The notes under the pieces were generated by a model, which was not told the origin of the DNA, ran no database searches, and worked only from the letters and a program-made list of their open reading frames with translations. The position numbers and the translations under genes are program-made. A stretch of DNA of 63,268 nucleotides from an uncultured Clostridia bacterium (GTDB lineage Bacteria; Bacillota; Clostridia; Christensenellales; UBA1242): contig CANQIX010000002.1 in NCBI GenBank assembly GCA_947624105.1, forward strand, positions 1 to 63,268, given 5' to 3'. Shown here one piece after another: positions 37,986 to 47,371 of the stretch (positions are counted from its first letter, which is position 1; every line of letters starts with the position of its first letter).

Positions 37986-40706
37986 ATGGGACTTTTTTGG
38001 AACGAAAACAAATCACAGGTAAAAAAATTAAAGAAGATAGCAGACAAGGTTGTTGCGCTTGAAGATAAATATCGCAATTTAAGTGATGAGGAACTTAGAA
38101 ATTGCACACAAGACTTCAAAGATAGATACAGCAAGGGCGAAGATTTGATGTCGCTACTTCCAGAGGCATTTGCAGTTGTAAGAGAAAGTGCAGGAAGAGT
38201 GCTAAATATGAGGCACTTCTATGTGCAAATCTTAGGTGGAATTGCACTGCATCAAGGGCGTATTGCCGAGATGGCGACCGGTGAAGGAAAAACTCTTGTT
38301 GCAACACTTCCAGCCTATCTTAATGCGATAACCGGCAAAGGCGTGCACGTTGTAACTGTAAACGAATACCTTGCAGGGCGTGATGCTGAGTGGATGGGAA
38401 AGATATACAAATTTTTAGGACTTACAGTGGGCGTTGCAATTTCTGGAATGAATGAAGACGATAAGCGCAAGGCGTATGCGTGCGACATAACATACTGCAC
38501 AAACAACGAACTTGGCTTTGACTATCTGCGCGACAATATGGCGATTGTGCCAGAGCAGAGAGTGCAACGTGGCTTTAACTTTGCAATCCTTGACGAAGTT
38601 GACTCTATCCTCATCGATGAAGCGAGAACTCCTCTTATCATTTCTGGCCAGGGCACAAAGTCGAGCGATAAATATATTAAGGCGCAGGCATTTGCAAGAA
38701 CGTTAACGGAAGAGGACTATGAAAAAGATCCAAAAACAAAGGCGCTTAACCTAACTGAAAAGGGTGTTGAAAAGGCAGAGAGATATTTTAAACTTGAAAA
38801 CCTTTCTGACGTTGAAAATTTGGAACTCAACCACCACATAAATAACGCGATGAAAGCAAACATCGTTATGCATAAAGATGAAGACTACATCGTAAAAGAT
38901 GGCGAAGTAATCATCGTAGATGAATTTACCGGACGTCTTATGCCAGGAAGAAGATACAACGATGGCTTGCATCAAGCGATTGAAGCGAAGGAAAACGTTG
39001 AAATCAAAGACGAAAACCAGACTATGGCAACAATCACCTTCCAGAACTTCTTTAGATTGTATCCAAAACTTTCGGGTATGACCGGAACGGCAAAAACAGA
39101 GGAAGCGGAATTTAATGCACTATATAGGCTTGACGTTGTAACTATCCCTTCCAACCTTCCAAACATACGTAAAGACGAACCAGATATCATCTTTAAGAGC
39201 GAAAAAGGAAAGATAAATGCCGTTATCGAAGAGATAAAAACTCACCACGCAACCGGACAACCAATTCTTGTTGGAACTACGACGATTGAAAAGAGTGAAC
39301 TTGTTTCAAAGGCGCTGAAAGAGGCTGGAATTAAACACGTTGTTTTGAACGCTAAAAATAACGAAATGGAAAGCCAAATCGTTGCACAAGCAGGAAGAAA
39401 GGGCGCTGTTACTATTGCAACAAATATGGCAGGGCGTGGAACTGATATTTTGCTTGGCGGAAATCCAGAACTTATGGCAAAGCACAAGTTAAAGGAAGAG
39501 AACTTTACAGACGAGCAGATATCTTACGCAACCGCCTTTAACACCGTTGATGACAAAGAACTTAATCGTGCCAGAGAGAGGTATAACGAACTGTATGCCG
39601 AATACAAAAAGGTTACCGATGCTGAAAAAGAAGAGGTAAGAAAGGTTGGCGGACTTCATATTGTCGGCACAGAAAGACACGAATCAAGACGTATCGACAA
39701 CCAGTTGCGTGGGCGTGCTGCACGTCAGGGCGACCCAGGATCAAGTGTGTTCTTCGTTTCGTTTGAAGACGACCTTATCAAGCGTTTTGCAAAGGACAGA
39801 GTTGACAAACTTGTTGGACTTTTCAAGATGATTCCAGAAGATATGCCAATTCAAATGAAGATTTTTGCAAGAATGATTGAAAGCGCGCAAAAGAGAATTG
39901 AGATGCAGAACTTTGGCATAAGAAAAACCGTGCTAAAATTTGACGATGTTTTGAATGCACAAAGAGAGATTATGTATCGCGAGCGTAACAGCGTTATTGA
40001 TGGCGAAAGTGTGCACGAAAAAATTATGGGAATGTTCCCACAGATTGTATCGACATTCACTGCAAAATGCGTAAATCAAGAGAAACCATACTATGAATGG
40101 GGTTACGAAAAATTAAATAAAGAACTAGAAAACGGACTTCTTGACCGCGATTCAAACCTTTTAAATGAGGAAGTTTGTGAAGGCTTTGACATCGATGACC
40201 TCAACGCAAAAGTGCTTGAACTTGTTATGCAGAGATATGAAAGACGTGAACGTGAGGCGGCAGAGATTGGAGTTGACTATAGAAAACTTGAAAAGTTTGT
40301 GCTTTTAAAAGTTGTTGACACCTATTGGATGGGGCATATCGATGATATGCAGACGATGAAAAACGAAATCTTCTCAAGGGGATTTGGTAACGAAGACCCA
40401 ATTTTGGCATACAAGAAAGACGGCTATGCAATGTTTGAAGAGATGATTGAAAAAATAAGAACGACCGCTTGCTTAATTTTGCTGAACACAACAGTAAGGC
40501 TTAGAAGACCAGAAGATGATATGCCAGAAAAACCTCAAAAGACAAAGGCTGGCAAGTATGATCCAGAGGAAAGACCAAAAGAAGTAAAAATACAGAAGAC
40601 TGTTGTAAACACAAACAAAAAGATAAACAGAAACGCACCTTGTCCATGCGGAAGCGGAAAGAAGTATAAGAATTGCTGCGAAAAGAAAGATAAGGCGGCT
40701 GGTTAA
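37986..40706 (+). CDS. secA: Preprotein translocase ATPase SecA
   Basis: MRHFYVQILGGIALHQGRIAEMATGEGKTLVATLPAYLNA, TNMAGRGTDI and the C-terminal zinc motif CPCGSGKKYKNCC. Confidence 0.97.
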   Translation: MGLFWNENKSQVKKLKKIADKVVALEDKYRNLSDEELRNCTQDFKDRYSKGEDLMSLLPEAFAVVRESAGRVLNMRHFYVQILGGIALHQGRIAEMATGEGKTLVATLPAYLNAITGKGVHVVTVNEYLAGRDAEWMGKIYKFLGLTVGVAISGMNEDDKRKAYACDITYCTNNELGFDYLRDNMAIVPEQRVQRGFNFAILDEVDSILIDEARTPLIISGQGTKSSDKYIKAQAFARTLTEEDYEKDPKTKALNLTEKGVEKAERYFKLENLSDVENLELNHHINNAMKANIVMHKDEDYIVKDGEVIIVDEFTGRLMPGRRYNDGLHQAIEAKENVEIKDENQTMATITFQNFFRLYPKLSGMTGTAKTEEAEFNALYRLDVVTIPSNLPNIRKDEPDIIFKSEKGKINAVIEEIKTHHATGQPILVGTTTIEKSELVSKALKEAGIKHVVLNAKNNEMESQIVAQAGRKGAVTIATNMAGRGTDILLGGNPELMAKHKLKEENFTDEQISYATAFNTVDDKELNRARERYNELYAEYKKVTDAEKEEVRKVGGLHIVGTERHESRRIDNQLRGRAARQGDPGSSVFFVSFEDDLIKRFAKDRVDKLVGLFKMIPEDMPIQMKIFARMIESAQKRIEMQNFGIRKTVLKFDDVLNAQREIMYRERNSVIDGESVHEKIMGMFPQIVSTFTAKCVNQEKPYYEWGYEKLNKELENGLLDRDSNLLNEEVCEGFDIDDLNAKVLELVMQRYERREREAAEIGVDYRKLEKFVLLKVVDTYWMGHIDDMQTMKNEIFSRGFGNEDPILAYKKDGYAMFEEMIEKIRTTACLILLNTTVRLRRPEDDMPEKPQKTKAGKYDPEERPKEVKIQKTVVNTNKKINRNAPCPCGSGKKYKNCCEKKDKAAG

Positions 40707-40708
40707 TG

Positions 40709-40736
40709 AAAAAAGATGCAGTTTTGCATCTTTTTT
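40709..40736. terminator. Bidirectional terminator (secA / rubrerythrin)
   Basis: Hairpin aaaaagatgca-gttt-tgcatctttttt. Confidence 0.75.
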
Positions 40737-41331
40737 ATTCTTTTTCTGCCTCTTCAAGATTGATAATTACATAGCCTTGTGGAACAGAACATAATGGGCA
40801 AGTTTTCCACGCCTCTTTTGAATATTCTACGTGTCCGCAATTTGAACACTTCCATTTTGTTTGTTTTGCGCGCTTATACATAGAGTGTTTTTTGTATAGA
40901 TTGCCAAGATATTTCAAGATGGTGTGATGCGTTTCTTCTGTTTTTGCAACAAGTTCAAAACTCTTAGCAATATCGGTGAAGCCCTCGTCATAGGCAATTT
41001 TTGCAAAAGATGGATAGATGTTTTTTGCTTCGGACAGTTCGATCATAGATTCGCCGAGGAGGGAGACGTTAAGTTCGGGTTGTTCAAACGGAAATCCGGC
41101 ATTTATATCGATATTTTTGCATTTTCCACCCGACTTTTCTAAGATATAGTCGTAAAATATCTTTGCGTGCGCCATTTCGTTTGTTGCAAACATCTTCATT
41201 GTGTCGCTTAAAAACTTTTGACTGTCTTCAAGTGCCATCTTGCTCATAAATTGATATCTTGCACCTGCTTGGCACTCAGCAGAAAAACTTCTTGCAAGAT
41301 TTGTTTTTGTTACGCTTTCATTAAAATCCAT
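40735..41331 (-). CDS. Rubrerythrin
   Basis: The diiron ferritin-like domain reads NLARSFSAECQAGARYQF...ETHH. The C-terminal rubredoxin-like motifs are CSNCG...CPLC. ATG 41331 has SD aaggag; the track start at 41379 is less likely. Confidence 0.8.
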   Translation of the reverse strand: MDFNESVTKTNLARSFSAECQAGARYQFMSKMALEDSQKFLSDTMKMFATNEMAHAKIFYDYILEKSGGKCKNIDINAGFPFEQPELNVSLLGESMIELSEAKNIYPSFAKIAYDEGFTDIAKSFELVAKTEETHHTILKYLGNLYKKHSMYKRAKQTKWKCSNCGHVEYSKEAWKTCPLCSVPQGYVIINLEEAEKE

Positions 41332-41425
41332 AAAATTCTCCTTAAAATGAATATTGACTAATTTATCTCTTTTATTCATTTGCTTTTTTTATTTTTTTGT
41401 TTTACAATAATCGTAGGAGAAAGAT

Positions 41426-42205
41426 ATGTTTTTTGGTGATAAGGGCAGTGCCGAACAGGTAAATACTCAAAGAAGAAACTATTTTTTAATCATTGACAAC
41501 GAAAAAGAAACGATTAGAAAGTTGATAAATCACCTTGGGTTCTATTCTGTTATTTTTGAAAAAAACATAAAAGAGCAAGAAATTGTCTATGACACAGACA
41601 AAAATCTTTTTACGGGAGTTGGAATCCTTTTAAGAAAAAAGATAACACCAAAGAGAGCATACTTTTCGCTTGTAAGAATAAACTCGCTAAACACCTCAAC
41701 ACAAGCGCGCGAAAAGAAGTATTTTTTAGGCGAGTGCGACAAAAAGGATAATCCAAGCGATTTTCCAACGCAGATTGCTGAACAACTTAACCAAATTTTC
41801 AACAATTTGTTTACAGTAAACGTTATGCACATCGTAAAGCACGCTCCACCATATATCAGCACAACGATAACCGGCCATAAGTATAAGGTTATAAGTGGCA
41901 CGGGATATGTTATGAAATTTGAATTTCAAAATCTCAGTGTTGTCAACTTGCGCACAGGCGTTAAGGCGAAAACAAGAATTGCATCTGTTGATGTTGACGA
42001 CAATCCAAAATATGAGGAAGAAAGAAAGCATCTATTTTGGGTTATCGAGCGCTACTGCAAAGAACTTGCATTTGTAAACAAAAACAGATTTGAAATTGTC
42101 GAAAATCTTGTAAAACCTAAGGTAGATCCAAAAGCACAACAGCAGGCAAACAAAAAGCAGAAGAAAGGAAAAGAAAAAATCGACAAAAGTCAGGCTAGAT
42201 TTTAA
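41426..42205 (+). CDS. Hypothetical protein, weak CYTH-like pattern
   Basis: 259 aa. QEIVYDTDKNLF...ILLRKK recalls the CYTH fold, but the N-terminal ExExK motif is not seen. The tail is basic. Confidence 0.4.
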   Translation: MFFGDKGSAEQVNTQRRNYFLIIDNEKETIRKLINHLGFYSVIFEKNIKEQEIVYDTDKNLFTGVGILLRKKITPKRAYFSLVRINSLNTSTQAREKKYFLGECDKKDNPSDFPTQIAEQLNQIFNNLFTVNVMHIVKHAPPYISTTITGHKYKVISGTGYVMKFEFQNLSVVNLRTGVKAKTRIASVDVDDNPKYEEERKHLFWVIERYCKELAFVNKNRFEIVENLVKPKVDPKAQQQANKKQKKGKEKIDKSQARF

Positions 42206-42208
42206 AAG

Positions 42209-42234
42209 AATAACTGGAAACAGTTATTTTTTTT
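42209..42234 (+). terminator. Intrinsic terminator
   Basis: Hairpin aataactg-gaaa-cagttatt followed by tttttt. Confidence 0.75.
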
Positions 42235-42281
42235 GTAACATTTTAATTCTAATTTAGACAAAATTTCTCATATCTTACTAT

Positions 42282-43721
42282 GTGAAAAAGAAAGATGGCA
42301 AAAAGAGTGTGAAGTTTGGCGTTTTTACCAAACTTTGCTATGGCGTGGGAAATTTGGGATATGGCAGTATGGGACAAACTGTTTCAAGTTTTATTATGTT
42401 CTATGCAACCAGCGTTTTGGGGCTTAGCGGTGTGCTTGTTGGGGTGATGATTGCAATAACTTCGCTTTGGGACGGCATAAGCGACCCTCTCATCGGCTAT
42501 CTTTCCGACCGCACCAAAAACAAACTCTTAGGGCGCAGACTTCCGCATATGTTGTTTGCGTCATTTACGCTTGCGCTGTGCAACATTCTTTTGTGGCTGT
42601 GTCCGGTGAAGGGGAATTGGGCACTTTTGTGGCTGCTTGTTTTCTTGTTGCTACAGGAAACTTTTAACACCTTTTTTGCAACCCCTTACTCCGCTCTTTG
42701 CATCGATATCGCTCCGGACTATAACGACCAAACCAAAATGCAGAGTTTTAAGTCGGTGTTTTACATCTTGGGGCTTATTATGCCAAGCATTTTGATGTAT
42801 ATCTTTATGCCATCTGCAAGCATAGGCCTTCAAACGCAGTTCAACAAAGAGGGCTACATCTATATTGCAATAGTGAACTCCGCTTTGGTGCTTGTGTGCG
42901 GGCTTATCTCCGTTTTTGGAACGAGAAAGAGAGTTTGCGCAATGCCAAACTATGACAAAAGCATCGAAGAGCAGTCGGGCAAGAAGCAGGGGTTAGGGAA
43001 GATAATCGCTGGCTACTTTGAAACCTTTAAAAAGAGAAATTTTAGAATTGTGATGCTAGGATATTCCGCTGCGCTTATCGCATCAATCTTTATCACCTCA
43101 GTTGGTATGCATCTCTTTACCTTTTGTTACCACTTTTCAAGCACGCAGATTTCCATTTTGATGATATGCCTATTTGGCGGGGCGATAATTTCGCAACTTC
43201 TGTGGGTGCAACTTGTAAAAAAATACGACAAAAAACAGACGCTTATCTTTGCACTTTGCCTATTGCTTGTTGGAATCGCAATCACAAGCGTAACTTTTCT
43301 GTTTAGAGATTACACTACGCCAAATGTCATCTTTTACTTTGTTATGCCTTGCCTTTTTGTGTGTGGGGTTGGGTCGGGCGGCTTATATTCTCTTCCGCAC
43401 GCAATGTATGCCGATGTTGTTACGCTTGAACAGTTTAAAACAAAGGAGAACAACTCTGGAAGATACACCGGCTATTACACCTTTACTTACAACTTCACAA
43501 ACTCGATTGTGCTACTTGTTATCGGCGTGCTTCTTGACCTTATCAAGTTCGACAGCACCGCGCCACTTCAAGCGATGTCGGTTCAAACGGGGCTTGGCAA
43601 AATCGTCTTTTTTGGGAGTGCAATAGCAATCTCTGTTTCGATAGTAATTTTCTCCAAATACAGCATAAAAAGGGCGGACGTTTTAAAGGTGCAAATAAAA
43701 GAAATAGAAAAAAGAAAATAA
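42282..43721 (+). CDS. Glycoside-pentoside-hexuronide (GPH) family / MFS cation symporter
   Basis: GTG start. KLCYGVGNLGYG...WDGISDPLIGYLSDRTKNKLLGRRLP is the GPH family signature. About 12 TM segments. Confidence 0.75.
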   Translation: MKKKDGKKSVKFGVFTKLCYGVGNLGYGSMGQTVSSFIMFYATSVLGLSGVLVGVMIAITSLWDGISDPLIGYLSDRTKNKLLGRRLPHMLFASFTLALCNILLWLCPVKGNWALLWLLVFLLLQETFNTFFATPYSALCIDIAPDYNDQTKMQSFKSVFYILGLIMPSILMYIFMPSASIGLQTQFNKEGYIYIAIVNSALVLVCGLISVFGTRKRVCAMPNYDKSIEEQSGKKQGLGKIIAGYFETFKKRNFRIVMLGYSAALIASIFITSVGMHLFTFCYHFSSTQISILMICLFGGAIISQLLWVQLVKKYDKKQTLIFALCLLLVGIAITSVTFLFRDYTTPNVIFYFVMPCLFVCGVGSGGLYSLPHAMYADVVTLEQFKTKENNSGRYTGYYTFTYNFTNSIVLLVIGVLLDLIKFDSTAPLQAMSVQTGLGKIVFFGSAIAISVSIVIFSKYSIKRADVLKVQIKEIEKRK

Positions 43722-43764
43722 TTAAAATAATAATTAAAATAATAATTAAAATAATAAGTAAAAA
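43717..43764. repeat. 12-nt tandem repeat aataattaaaat, 3 perfect copies plus 1 degenerate
   Basis: Perfect copies at 43717-43728, 43729-43740 and 43741-43752, then aataagtaaaaa. The repeat overlaps the stop codon of the transporter gene. Confidence 0.85.
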
Positions 43765-43780
43765 TAAATAAAAAATAATT

Positions 43781-43806
43781 AAAAATGCCTATTTTAGGTA
43801 TTTTTG
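43781..43806. terminator. Bidirectional terminator at a convergent junction
   Basis: Hairpin aaaaatgcct-atttt-aggtattttt. Confidence 0.6.
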
Positions 43807-43879
43807 TCGATTTTTAATATTTTTTTGTAAATTATTTTTAATTTTTTTAAAAAATAAAAAAATCAAATTAAAAATAAAA

Positions 43880-44617
43880 TTAATTTGATTTTAAAATTGT
43901 TCTTGCAACCGCACAAACATCAACCATTTTTGCATACTTTGACAGCACTTCGCTACAAGAGTTTACGGTGGTAGTTGTTGTTATGATGTCGTCTACCAGC
44001 AGAAGTGATTTGTCTTTTATTGAACTTTTGTCGACAAGTTTAAAGCACTTTTTAAGGTTGGACATTCTTTGCTTGTAGTTTAAGTTTTTCTGTTCGACCG
44101 TGTCGGCTGTTTTTGTCAAGGTGTTGAGCGTTGGCACTCCGGTAAGTTTTGAAAGTTCATTTGCAAGCAGTTCCGCTTGGTTGTAGCCACGCGCCTTTCT
44201 TCGTTTGTCTGTGATAGGCACATAGGTGATATAGTCAAATTGTTTGATGTCGCTTCCAATATACTTTGCAAGGATAATCGCAAATGCTTTTGCCAGATAC
44301 CTTTTGTTATCCGACTTAAAGGCAATCAAACTTTGCCTAACTTCGTTTTCGTAGAAGAGGGGAGTGTAGGCTCTGTGGAAGTGGGTTACTGTGTTTTGAC
44401 AACTCTCGCAGATGTTTTCTTCGCTTAAGATTGGCATATCGCAGATTTTGCATCTGTTTCCGCTGTTTAATTTCAGCCTTTTCGCGCAGTCATCGCAGTA
44501 AGGTCTGTCGTTAAAGTTTTGTATATCTCGATCGCAAAAGATACACTTGATTTCGTCTGGGAAAAACAGATTCTTTGCAAAAAGTTTCAGTTTGTTAAGT
44601 GTTTTATTTTCAGTCAT
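43880..44617 (-). CDS. comFC: ComF family protein (ComFC-like phosphoribosyltransferase)
   Basis: N-terminal zinc fingers are CIFCD...CDDC and CKIC...CESC. The PRTase motif is LLLVDDIITTTTT. The gene overlaps recD2 by 8 nt. Confidence 0.8.
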   Translation of the reverse strand: MTENKTLNKLKLFAKNLFFPDEIKCIFCDRDIQNFNDRPYCDDCAKRLKLNSGNRCKICDMPILSEENICESCQNTVTHFHRAYTPLFYENEVRQSLIAFKSDNKRYLAKAFAIILAKYIGSDIKQFDYITYVPITDKRRKARGYNQAELLANELSKLTGVPTLNTLTKTADTVEQKNLNYKQRMSNLKKCFKLVDKSSIKDKSLLLVDDIITTTTTVNSCSEVLSKYAKMVDVCAVARTILKSN

Positions 44618-46844
44618 TGAACAGTTTCCCTATCTTATCTTCTGCGTCGGTAAGCAGTTTTTTAAGCAGAGTAAAGCGTGTTGCGGTGTATTTGTTTGAA
44701 ACCATACGCCTTAGATATTGCTTTTCTCCTACGATAACGACCATCTTCTTTGCTCTGGTAACTGCGGTGTAAATTAAATTTCGTGTCAAAATTATGCTTG
44801 GGCCAGCGATTGCAGGAATTATGATTGTATCAAACTCCGAGCCTTGACTTTTGTGTATCGTTATTGCGTATGAGAGGGAGAGGTCGAGTAGGTCAGGGCG
44901 CGTGTAGGTGCAAGTTCTGCCGTCTTCAAATTCGACGACAACTTCGCTTGAATTTTGGTCGATAAGGGTGATAAAACCGATGTCGCCGTTAAACACACCT
45001 TTCCCCTCTTCGAATCCGTAGGTAAGTTGCCTCTTCCAAACAAGGTCATAGTTGTTTGTTATCTGCATCACCTTGTCGCCAAGCCTAAATATCGTCTGTC
45101 CAACTTCCACTTGTGGTTTGCTTGCTGATGGAGGATTTAAATTCTCTTGCAAGCACTTGTTTAAGTTTTCTATTCCACACACGCCGGCTTTAAGGGGTGC
45201 AAGCACTTGAATTTGACTTGGTTCAACCTTCAAATACTTTGGAAGGCGAGTAGTAACAAGGTCTAAGATTGTGTCTTTTATGCTCTCTGGGTCGCCCTTA
45301 CTTTCAAAGAAAAAGTCCATACTAGAGTTGTCGATAAGGGGCATCTTTCCATCGTTAATTAAGTGCGCGTTTGTGATAATCAAACTCTTTTCATCTTGCC
45401 TAAATATCTTTGTAAGCATACAATATGGCACAACACCGCTGGCGAGAATGTCGGCAAGCACATTTCCAGCGCCAACGCTTGGAAGTTGGTCTTTGTCGCC
45501 GACCAAAATGAGTTTGCAGTCGCGTGGAAGGGCTTTTAGTAGGTTGCACATAAGGGCGCAATCCACCATCGAAACCTCATCGCAGATGACGACATCTGTT
45601 TTTAGAGGATTTGTTTCGTTATGCACAAAAAAACTTTCGTCGCTGTTTAAAACGTTCACTTCAAGCAAGCGGTGTATCGTTTGTGCCTCTCTGCCGGTGC
45701 TGTCGCTCATTCGCTTTGATGCACGGCCGGTTGGAGCAGTTAAAGACACCTTAAGTTGCATATTTTCAAACATCTCTAAGATGCATTTAATAATCGTCGT
45801 CTTTCCAGTTCCAGGGCCACCGGTTATCACATACACGCCGTTTTTCATTGCGCCTTCGATTGCCTTTTTCTGCTCTTCGTGCAAGACGATTTTGTTGCGC
45901 ATCTGGAAGTTTTCAAGTTCGTTAGAGATGTCAATATCGGCATTTTTGCTGGCATTTTTAAGCCAACAGAGTTTTTGTGCTATCGAGTTTTCGTAATAGA
46001 AATATTTTGACAGCATAACAATCTCACAGCCATCAACAAAGGTTGTTATGCACGTTTTGTCAAGCATAAGTGTGTCAAAGGCGGAAGTGAAGATGTCTTT
46101 GTGCTCTTCATAAGAAAAGTCAAGCACCTTTTCCGCTTCCGAAAACATCAAATTTTTTGGAAGATAGGTGTTTCCGTTCTTTTCGCACGAGGTTTTAAGC
46201 ACGTGAATTAGCCCAGCGCGGATTCTAAATTCGCTCGATTCTGGTATGCCGATGTTCTTCGCAATGCGATCCGCCGTCAAAAAGCCTATGCCATCGATAT
46301 CTTCTATAAGGCGATATGGGTTGTTTTTGACGACATCGGTTGTGCGTTCGTGATAGATGTTGTATATTTTAAGCGCCATATTGGTGCTGATGTTGTATGA
46401 TTGCAAAAACATAATGGTGTTTTGCACTTCTTTGTGCTCGCGATAGTTTAATCCAATTTCAATCGCTTTCTTTTCGCTTATACCTTTGATTTCTGCAAGG
46501 CGTTCTGGGGCATATTCCATAACTTCAAGGGTGGCAGAGCCAAAATGTTGCACAATGTTGCGTGCCGTGATAGGTCCTACGCCACGTATAAGCCCAGAGG
46601 CAAGATATTTTTCCATACCGGCAATCGTTTTAGGTTGTTCCACTTCGTAACTTGTAAAAACATATTGGAGGCCGAACTTTGATTTCTCAAATTTGCCTTC
46701 AACTGTTACGGTTGAACCCACTTGTATATCGATAAATTTGCCTACGATGGTAACAAGAGTGTCGTCTTTTTCGAGGCGCGCCACTGTGTAACCATTTTCG
46801 TCATTTCTAAAAACTATTTCTTCGATTGTTCCGGTAATCGCCAT
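44610..46844 (-). CDS. recD2: ATP-dependent RecD-like DNA helicase (RecD2)
   Basis: Walker A is VITGGPGTGKTT. Other motifs are VICDEVSMVD, LVGDKDQLPSVGAGNV and AITIHKSQGSEF. HhH-like repeats lie in the N-terminal half. Confidence 0.9.
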   Translation of the reverse strand: MAITGTIEEIVFRNDENGYTVARLEKDDTLVTIVGKFIDIQVGSTVTVEGKFEKSKFGLQYVFTSYEVEQPKTIAGMEKYLASGLIRGVGPITARNIVQHFGSATLEVMEYAPERLAEIKGISEKKAIEIGLNYREHKEVQNTIMFLQSYNISTNMALKIYNIYHERTTDVVKNNPYRLIEDIDGIGFLTADRIAKNIGIPESSEFRIRAGLIHVLKTSCEKNGNTYLPKNLMFSEAEKVLDFSYEEHKDIFTSAFDTLMLDKTCITTFVDGCEIVMLSKYFYYENSIAQKLCWLKNASKNADIDISNELENFQMRNKIVLHEEQKKAIEGAMKNGVYVITGGPGTGKTTIIKCILEMFENMQLKVSLTAPTGRASKRMSDSTGREAQTIHRLLEVNVLNSDESFFVHNETNPLKTDVVICDEVSMVDCALMCNLLKALPRDCKLILVGDKDQLPSVGAGNVLADILASGVVPYCMLTKIFRQDEKSLIITNAHLINDGKMPLIDNSSMDFFFESKGDPESIKDTILDLVTTRLPKYLKVEPSQIQVLAPLKAGVCGIENLNKCLQENLNPPSASKPQVEVGQTIFRLGDKVMQITNNYDLVWKRQLTYGFEEGKGVFNGDIGFITLIDQNSSEVVVEFEDGRTCTYTRPDLLDLSLSYAITIHKSQGSEFDTIIIPAIAGPSIILTRNLIYTAVTRAKKMVVIVGEKQYLRRMVSNKYTATRFTLLKKLLTDAEDKIGKLFND

Positions 46845-46888
46845 AGTTCTATTTTAATAACTTTTTGTTTAAAAAGCAACTAAAATAG

Positions 46889-46917
46889 TTGCAAAAATCC
46901 TTCAAGTTTTATATAAT
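46889..46917 (+). promoter_or_regulatory. Sigma-A promoter immediately abutting the MarR start codon
   Basis: TTGCAA at 46889-46894, a 17-nt spacer, then TATAAT at 46912-46917. The ATG at 46927 is only 10 nt from the end of the -10 box. Confidence 0.5.
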
Positions 46918-46926
46918 AATTTGGTA

Positions 46927-47310
46927 ATGAAAAACATCGAAAAAGTATTGGAGATAGAGGCTCTTACAGAAAATATTTCAAAGCGATTTGCTTCAAGTAA
47001 TCTTTTGAAGATAAAGATACTATATTTTATCTCGCAATACGAAAATATGTCCCTTGGCATAATCGTCGACAAACTTGGTATGAAAAAATCAAACTTCGCC
47101 CTTATGACAAGAGAACTTGAAGATGAGGGGCTTATCGTCTGTAAGCAGGGTGAGATTGACAGGCGTGTGCGTCTTTTGTATCTCACCGAAAGAGGAAAGG
47201 CAGAACTTGACGATTTTCTTGCTAAGTTTAACGAATATTTCAGCGAAGACTCCGGCGAGGTGTCTAAGGCGATTGAAGTTGTTTGTAAATACTTAAACAG
47301 AAAAATCTAA
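46927..47310 (+). CDS. MarR family transcriptional regulator
   Basis: The winged-helix pattern reads SLGIIVDKLGMKKSNFALMTRELEDEGLIVCKQGEIDRRVRLLYLTERG. The ORF also opens at TTG 46921. Confidence 0.75.
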   Translation: MKNIEKVLEIEALTENISKRFASSNLLKIKILYFISQYENMSLGIIVDKLGMKKSNFALMTRELEDEGLIVCKQGEIDRRVRLLYLTERGKAELDDFLAKFNEYFSEDSGEVSKAIEVVCKYLNRKI

Positions 47311-47371
47311 CTTACTTTAACATTTTTTAGATAAAGCCCTTATTTAATAGTGAGGGGCTTGGGAGTTATAT

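Noticed and set aside
43717-43764. Possible mini CRISPR-like array
   Set aside because: It is a pure tandem 12-mer without spacers, in an A/T-only context. It is a simple tandem repeat.
45271-45996. 241-aa plus-strand ORF, with similar long ORFs at 35843-36478, 33846-34475, 26157-26717 and 48295-48651
   Set aside because: They are antisense shadows inside well-supported genes (recD2, the 859-aa protein, ychF/mrnC, gyrA, cysS). They have serine/leucine/phenylalanine-rich low-complexity translations and no SD.
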